Of a stretch of 64,000 bases of DNA, positions 55,907-64,000 are shown piece by piece; position 1 is the first letter of the stretch; each line of letters opens with the position of its first letter. Location: NCBI GenBank assembly GCA_964016885.1, contig OZ024740.1, positions 332,010,001 to 332,074,000 of the forward strand, in the 5' to 3' direction. A program made the position numbers and the translations under genes. The notes under the pieces are model-generated. The model was not told the DNA's origin. It did not search any database and saw only the letters and a program-made list of their open reading frames with translations. This DNA is from Eledone cirrhosa. Lineage: Eukaryota.

Positions 55907-57768
55907 GTGAACAATACTGTCTAAAGCAGAGTTTCTGAATTACACTTTTAGAACAAAATATATTTTCTTGCTTGGATAAAGATTTCATCAAATACGAAGC
56001 CAAAAATTCATGTAATGTATATATCATATATTGGCTGAAACATGTTAAAAATCACAGCAATACAGGTGATACTGAAAAGCACATGACCATAATCGAATTG
56101 ATGCTGGGCAAACGCTCCATGTTGTTTAGCCAGAATATAATTACATTCCTGGCATATCGAAAGCATGTGTTTGAAAAGCATTAACAATCAAAAGCATAGT
56201 TGAGAAGAGAGCTTTCTTACAAAACACTAAACCACATTGCACTTTTATGCTAAATTAAAAGAAATGTCTACACCATATAAACATTGATGTATTTTACTGT
56301 ACTAATCCGATTCACTTGAAACAGCATATTTGTACATTTGATTTAGTGTTATGTCAGTCGAATACAAAATAGTTTATCGCAGATAATGTCCTACTTTTCT
56401 GTATATGAACTGTTTGATAATGCATAATATAGGCAAATGTTTGACTCTGTCCAATTAACGTTATTTGTTTATTACAAAACGTAGCTCTAGACCATGAAGA
56501 GAGAACTCAACAGCAAATTATGAAACAGTTTGTATACTCAACCGGCAAACAAAGGAATGATTATAGCATTTCTCTACGCTTCTTACCTGATATTTTAGTT
56601 AAGTATCATTCGCTAACTTACCTTGGACAACCACTTAAATGCTAATTGATATCAAATAGAAGTTAAAACATACATATTGCAATGTACTATTAGTATTATG
56701 ATTGATTTTTTTATAGCAGCATGTTAAAACTGAGTTCATATAAATAAAGGAATCAAATATATTTCTTTCATTTTGGTGAAATATATGCCATATCTATAAT
56801 TTAATGCAAACTATTGAATATGAATAAATACTGATTTTAGGGATGAGTTCGAAATAATAATTAATACAATATAATTATGTAATTATATATGTTTACTTCG
56901 TGTGACTGTAAGTATTATTGACTTTAATTAATATTTCGAACTAAACCAAGACAAGGCGATTTAGTTGAATTCAACAGGTTCACATGTTAGTTTAGTGTAA
57001 GATGAATGGTTAAATAAGACGACTGATTACAAGTGTGGAGTGCAAGAAATATCCTAAAATTAGGTAATATATTGTTAATAATATTCGAATATGATTTACT
57101 CAAAAAGGAGTTTGTCTTAAATTCCCAGATGTATCTTCCAATAGGCATAATGATTTACAGTAACTGCTCATTAATTAGTTAACATACATATGTTAAATTG
57201 CTGCATTATGATGAAATTATGAGTGGGATAAAGGAAGATAATCTTTCGTGCTGTACATAAAACATTTGGATATGTTAAATTGATTTTGAAAATGATTCAG
57301 TTTTGTGGTAAAGAGATAATTTAGCCCAAACTAATCTCTAGAATATCGACGAAGTTTATCAATGTGGGCAACAATAATAGTTGATAACAACAAATAACAG
57401 AAAGTAACATACGTTAAAAATGAGAATCGTTGCAATGGTAAAGGCTAATAGAGCCATATATTTCATTAACATTACCTGAATAAGACGTTGCGTGCAACGC
57501 CGCATTCTTGTTAGTTAAAGATACTCAATAATAAGTTGGAACTAATACTTTGCACTAGATATTACACAGCCATAGTGTTTTTCATAATGTCTTTAAAAAA
57601 CTTAAGATAAAAGAAAATACGAAACTTAAAGACAATACATTTGATACTCTGAATATGACAGCAGAATGTGGTCAGAATTAATCAGAGTTGTACACCTTGT
57701 ATATATGGTTATTTTAGCAGTATTCTATGCGGAGCATAAACACAGCTCATATATGTAATATTTTATAC

Positions 57769-57844
<76 letters not shown>

Positions 57845-57990
57845 ATATATATATATATATATTTATGTCTACATATATATATATGTATGTATGTGCGTAT
57901 ATACCCTTATTTATAAACATACATGCACTCATGCACGCACACACACGCACACACACGCATACATACATGCATATATATATGTATATATAT

Positions 57991-58085
<95 letters not shown>

Positions 58086-58441
58086 AAGAACGCCTTTCTT
58101 AATGCACATCGTATTAATGGAGTATGTTCCTGACCGTGGCAAGATCACAAGGCTTGAAGAGTGAGTAGTTAATCCAATAGAATCACGTGTTTCCCCACAT
58201 CAAGTGAACACTGAAATATAATTTCAGAATCAGAGGGAATTTATAATTTTATCAACGCCATTAGAACCTGACTAATTTTTAACAAAGATACATATTTGTT
58301 TCAATGAAAGATCAAAGTTGATATCACTTGACCTATAGTTTCATCTTAGTGAGGATTAAACATGTACAAAATAGTAGAGGAATGGATTATTGTACTTAAG
58401 CAACTACACCAACGTTCCACATTAATTTTTCTACACTTGCG

Positions 58442-58473
<32 letters not shown>

Positions 58474-58963
58474 AATGTGCCTGACGTATGTACAAACATG
58501 AACCCAATATTATCTGAACTATTTTCAAGTATCTTTAAAGCAAGCGTTCCATAAATGGAAAGTAATTTCCTGATATATTGTACGAAACGCTAATAATGGT
58601 CGGGGTTTCGTTAACAAGTATCCATAATACAACTTTTAAATCGGGAAGCTTTCGTATGATATAGCTTCACACTTCCGCACGTGATTTTCACGTGTATATT
58701 ATCGTCTTCTATCATGAAACGATTCATGTTGGTGTTATTACACCAAGATCTTACCACAGCGTTTTCATAAAAGAGAAAACCAGAAAGGCTGACGGCTGAG
58801 TTTTGGAAATTTTGAAAAAAAAACATAACAAAAACGAAATAGAGAAAGGTGGGCACCATTTTCAGTATTCAATACTTTCAGCGTGAATAAATATATAGTA
58901 CAATTAAACTGATATCGAATTCTTTAGCCTAGTTTGTCCTGTATCTTCTCATAATTTTATGCA

Positions 58964-59075
<112 letters not shown>

Positions 59076-59142
59076 CGTTATACATTTGTTGTATTTTGAA
59101 TACATATCATGATACGATAGAAATTAGAAATGTGTGACCTAC

Positions 59143-59177
<35 letters not shown>

Positions 59178-59740
59178 TTGAAGAGAGAGATGGTGAGAGA
59201 GAGGGAGAGAGATTTCAAAGTACTACTATTATACAATTAGGTTTGTCAGATGAAGTAAATGTGCTCCATCAACCAAAACTTTCACATCACGTTTTTCATA
59301 ACAGTTTCTCTTCATGAATGATGATATTCGATTGTCTTTGATGAAGGTTAAGTGGTGTCGGTTGAGTGGCACTAATCGTGTCCTCTCTTTCATTATCCAT
59401 AACATAAACATCATTTTTTATATAGATTGTGACTGCCGAACAACGGAAACGTAACAAGAGAAACTAAAAACAAAATTATAGTGTAAATATACACTGAACA
59501 TAAAAGGGAATTTCGTGCGTGAGGAAAAGACTTGGACACTTTGATGCAATATATTAGTTGTAACTATAGTCTTTCATTTTTGAACTGATATTATTCTTTT
59601 TTATCATATGTTTAAATAATTTTGTCATGTTTTGAAAGAGGATTTTAACCAAAATAAAGAAGTGACGAAACATAGAGGGAGGTAATTATACAGCCAGTGT
59701 TCTTTGTTGTAATCGCGACTGTAGTTTACATTACACACAC

Positions 59741-59793
<53 letters not shown>

Positions 59794-60345
59794 GTATGCA
59801 CGTGTATGTATTGATATATGAGTATGTACGTATGCATATATATTTCCGAAACAATGGTTCAATTGGCAGTTTAATTTTTGGTTTATATTTGTTTAAAATT
59901 TTGAAGGATTCACACATCAGAGGGGTGGACAGTGGCCTGTCTACTGTCGCATTTATGTCTCATAGCTTTCGGTTGTGTCTCAGCACAACACTCCTCGCTG
60001 CTGTTATACCTGCGTATGGGAGTTTCCGTCAGCATAAGACTCAAACGCTATCAGTTGTGGAGCAGTATACGTGAACTAAATTGAGAGAAAAATAGATATT
60101 TTAATGAATGTTTAACTTGAAATTATATGAGAAAAAACATTTCTTTAAAAAAAATAATTCATTAAAAACATACAATATACGAATGATTTATACAAGGATA
60201 TATTGTTATATCATATATCACACACAAAAACACACACAGACCGGTACTTTTACCTGTTGAGTAGACTGAAGAAGCGTGAGATCGATTCCACGCACCTATG
60301 ATCGTGAGTGAAAAGAAATATTTAACCGCGCTGTCAGGCGCCATA

Positions 60346-60406
<61 letters not shown>

Positions 60407-60597
60407 GATGACAAGTTATCGTTATAGGTAATCGAGTTAGAGGTTGTGAGCACCCTGCGTTGTGGATAGTTTTAAATTACAGCTTTTTTTTACTCAACAA
60501 GATCTTTCCACAGTTAGGCAGCGAGTTCGCGCGAATTCCTCTGCAGGTTAATCTTGGAGTAATAAGAGTGAAAGAATGAGGAGTAACATGATTACTG

Positions 60598-60820
60598 TAT
60601 TCATGAACGGGAAATAGAGAAGAACACAGGTCATGAAATTTAATCAAATTAATAGAATATGCGATGTCATAAAATAACCAATTAGCCTTAGTTACATCTG
60701 ATAGTAACATATATGTACACACGATGCCAGTAATTGCATTAGATAAACGTATGAACACATGAGTACACAAGTGAAACTCGACAGTAAAAGGACTTATGAC
60801 TTAAACATAAATGAGGAATA

Positions 60821-60884
<64 letters not shown>

Positions 60885-61124
60885 TATAGTGAAAGAATGA
60901 ATAGGAACATGGCTGGCTGTACAACAAGGCGCTTTATATCAAGTATTAACAATTGTTTCATTGATCAGGTGAAGATTTGGTCAGAGGTAAATAATGTAAT
61001 GGTGATCGTGTGACGCAACATCGACCGATTAGCGGCCTCTAGACTCATCTGATTAATGAAACAACTGTTAATACCTGAAATAAAGCCCCTTGTTGTACAG
61101 CCGACCATGTTACTCTTCATTCTT

Positions 61125-61179
<55 letters not shown>

Positions 61180-61398
61180 CTTATTTATGTTTAAATCATG
61201 AGTCTTTTTACTGTCGAGTTTCACTTGTGTACTCATGTGTTCATACGTTTATCTAATGCAAATACTGACATCGTGTGTACATATATTTTACTGTCACATG
61301 TAACTAATCCTAATTGGTTATTTTATGACATCGCATATTCTATTAATTTGATTAAATTTCATGACCTGTGTTCTTCTCTATTTGCTGTTCATGAATAC
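60598..61398. mobile_element. ~800-bp fold-back element with internal (TA)n in both arms
   Basis: 60598-60972 is the reverse complement of about 61045-61398. Confidence 0.85.
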
Positions 61399-61737
61399 CG
61401 TTTCCAATGTGTGTTTTTATTAGTCTTCTTACTTAAATTATTTTTGAAACTCACTCTAATCTAGGTTACAAAGAGAAATGCGGCTCTGTTGCTTTTATTG
61501 AGTAGAATAGTATATATTTAGTTTCCTTTTCTCGTTTGTATATGAACATTTGAATATTGATGAATACATCTACGAATTTCCTTCTGCAAATTATGTATAT
61601 CGAATTCCATTCTCATAAAAGAATTTGGCTTATTTCAATATCTGAAAATCTTGTACGATATAACATTTAAGATGTATAGATACGTCTTCGCTGTAAACTA
61701 AAGAACGTAACTCATTAACATATCTTAATATAATTGA

Positions 61738-61924
61738 TTATAATTTAGGCACAAGGCCAACAATTGGGAGGGGGTCGATTAAATCGACCCAGTGCATTAC
61801 TGGTGCCGTAAGTATGAAAGGCAAAGTTAACCTCGACGAGATTTGAACTCAGAAGGTAAAAGGCCGCAACTCTATGCTGCCAAGCAGGGTGACAGGCGCT
61901 ATACCGATACTGCCAATCCACCGC
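61738..61924 (-). mobile_element. tRNA-derived SINE
   Basis: Same consensus with an internal deletion. Confidence 0.8.
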
Positions 61925-63136
61925 TTAATATAATAATGTCAATGCCGTGAAATATCCTCCCATTCTATTGCTTTCCCTAAATATATTGAATTTCTAAACA
62001 CATCTATTTACCACCATTTTGCTGAAGCAATGTATAAATTCGAACTTTCCTTTGTTAAATGAAGGCATATGCATGCGAGAACGAAAGAGAGCGAAGAGAG
62101 AGCGAGTGAGAGATAGGGAAAATTTGAGAGTTATTTTATCAAGAAATCGGCCAACTCAATGGATTAGCTTGAAAAGTGGCCGAGTATTCTATAGCAATGT
62201 GTAGTCAGTATAGCTCTCAATTTGAAACTTCAGCAGACAATGTAACAAGGCTCTATTTCTGAATTACAAGCACATATCATCCGACGGGCTTTCATTCAGC
62301 TTCTTCGAATTTTCTTTACATGTCATAAATCAAGCCCAGGCTAATTTCTTAAGTATTTCCACTCTCTCTCAATAACGACACTAAATATATTTATCGTAAT
62401 TAAGTATCATGTCTAATTTTCTCAATGATTACATTGTCGTTATACTGATAATTCGTCTATTTATCAGATTATAGCAATATAACTACTTGATGATATAGTA
62501 CAATTTGGTTCAAACAGCTATTAGGGAATTTTGAAATCTCTACAGTCAAAAATATATTACATAAATATATATATATGGTGCATGATAAGAATGAGAAGAA
62601 ATATATATGGTGTATAAAAATAAAACTGGTCGAACTGTTAGATATCAGTTATATTTCAAATATATATATATTCCCTGTAATTAATGACAATGATGATGGA
62701 AGTCGTTAAGGACACTAATTTAAGACAGATATCTGCAGTTCATTCTATCGCTCATCTGCAGGTCGCTAAAATACACATTGACATCGACATTGCATATGCT
62801 TCGATACTAACTAATACTTATTACTAATTTATACTTATTCCTAATTAAACTATTTTTCACTGGGAAAAAAATTGTCAGCATATTCTTTTCCTTTTTACTA
62901 ATATATCACAACTCGTGTGTCACACCTCTATTTTTTTAAATATATATATATATATACATCACTCATAGTGATTTCTATTTTTAACGTAAATATAAATGTA
63001 TTTCACTACGCTTTAAAAACATTAACGCCAACAAAAGTGGAGCACCATACACATGAATGGTGAAGAAAGACATTTTTAGACAACATTGGTTTCACTCTCA
63101 TGTCAACATCAAATCAGAACCTGTTCATTCTATAAT

Positions 63137-63318
63137 AATTGTCTCTACTTTTGGCACAAGGCCAGTAATTTCCCCAGTGCATGACTGATACTTTATATTA
63201 TCGACTTCATAAGGATGAAAGGCAAAGTTAACCTCGGTAGGATTTGAACTCGGAACGTAAAGGGCCATAACACTATACTGCAAAGCATGGTGTCTGATGC
63301 TCTACCGATACTGCCAAT
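63137..63318 (-). mobile_element. tRNA-derived SINE
   Basis: Same consensus. Confidence 0.85.
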
Positions 63319-63724
63319 AATAGTAATTAATCATGTTATATACACACACAGAAGATAAAACAGGACAGAACTATACATACATACATACATACAGTCATAT
63401 ATTTGCGAAAGAAGGCGAAAAAGATGGTGGGGCTGGCAGGATAAAACTGGTGTATGGAGTATACATATGTATTCAATTACACATATACATTAATATACAT
63501 ACATACACACAAACATATCTACACATGCATACACACTAAATCCACATATGTAGGTGCTTACATATATGTAAATAAATATATATGTATGTAATTATAAAAG
63601 ACATATAATTAAAATTATAAGCCATTATTTAAACATGCATTTGGTCACTTTTCACTAAATATATGAATTACATACAAGGATAAGACAGTGTAAATATATT
63701 TTAAAAAGCAATATTGTAATATAC

Positions 63725-63829
63725 CGTAGAAACAGCTTTTTCAGGCATATAGTCAGGACATAGGTGAACAGGTCCATCTTTGTCAACAGAACTTCCATCG
63801 CCTGACTTACGACCGGGAATGTATTCACC
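63725..63829 (-). CDS. Candidate internal exon of an unidentified host gene (GEYIPGRKSGDGSSVDKDGPVHLCPDYMPEKAVST)
   Basis: 105-bp stop-free segment, more GC-rich than its flanks. Acceptor TTTCGTTTTACCTCTTAG and donor ACG|GTATAT. Confidence 0.5.
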
Positions 63830-64000
63830 CTAAGAGGTAAAACGAAACCACATTATTTTTGTAAAGAACGCGCACAAGCAAATATTATCTTGATTTCAAA
63901 TATATCTTAATTTCAAAAATACATATGCACATTGACCGTGGCCTGCAATGTTATATAAATACATATCTGTACATTACAATAACATCCTCATTAAGTGTAT

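Noticed and set aside
59980-60040. CTCCTCGCTG resembling the HDV ribozyme L3 loop
   Set aside because: P3, P1 and P2 pairings could not be built.

Overview
AT-rich, microsatellite-dense eukaryotic DNA with no recognisable complete host gene. The repeat content suggests an invertebrate, possibly a cephalopod (inference only). The dominant signal is a cluster of Penelope-like retroelements (PLEs) and hammerhead ribozymes (HHRs). (i) A 6.5-kb fold-back PLE (RT plus GIY-YIG endonuclease; 15995-22469) has a minimal HHR in each 3' terminal region. (ii) An 11.2-kb tandem array (33243-44496) holds 25 units of about 443 bp, each with a type I HHR motif and consensus palindromic helix III (retrozyme-like), and includes a 6-unit higher-order duplication. 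(iii) Two dispersed monomers of that repeat occur elsewhere; one is fused directly to the 5' end of a truncated PLE. (iv) Several small non-coding fold-back elements also carry HHR motifs, some with an unusual U-U pair at the base of helix II and one with an ~80-nt helix II. Also present are about a dozen tRNA-derived SINE copies, relics of CRE, RTE, Tx1/L1 and R4/Dong LINEs, and one candidate host exon. Ribozyme calls come from motif and pairing inspection by eye; activity is untested.
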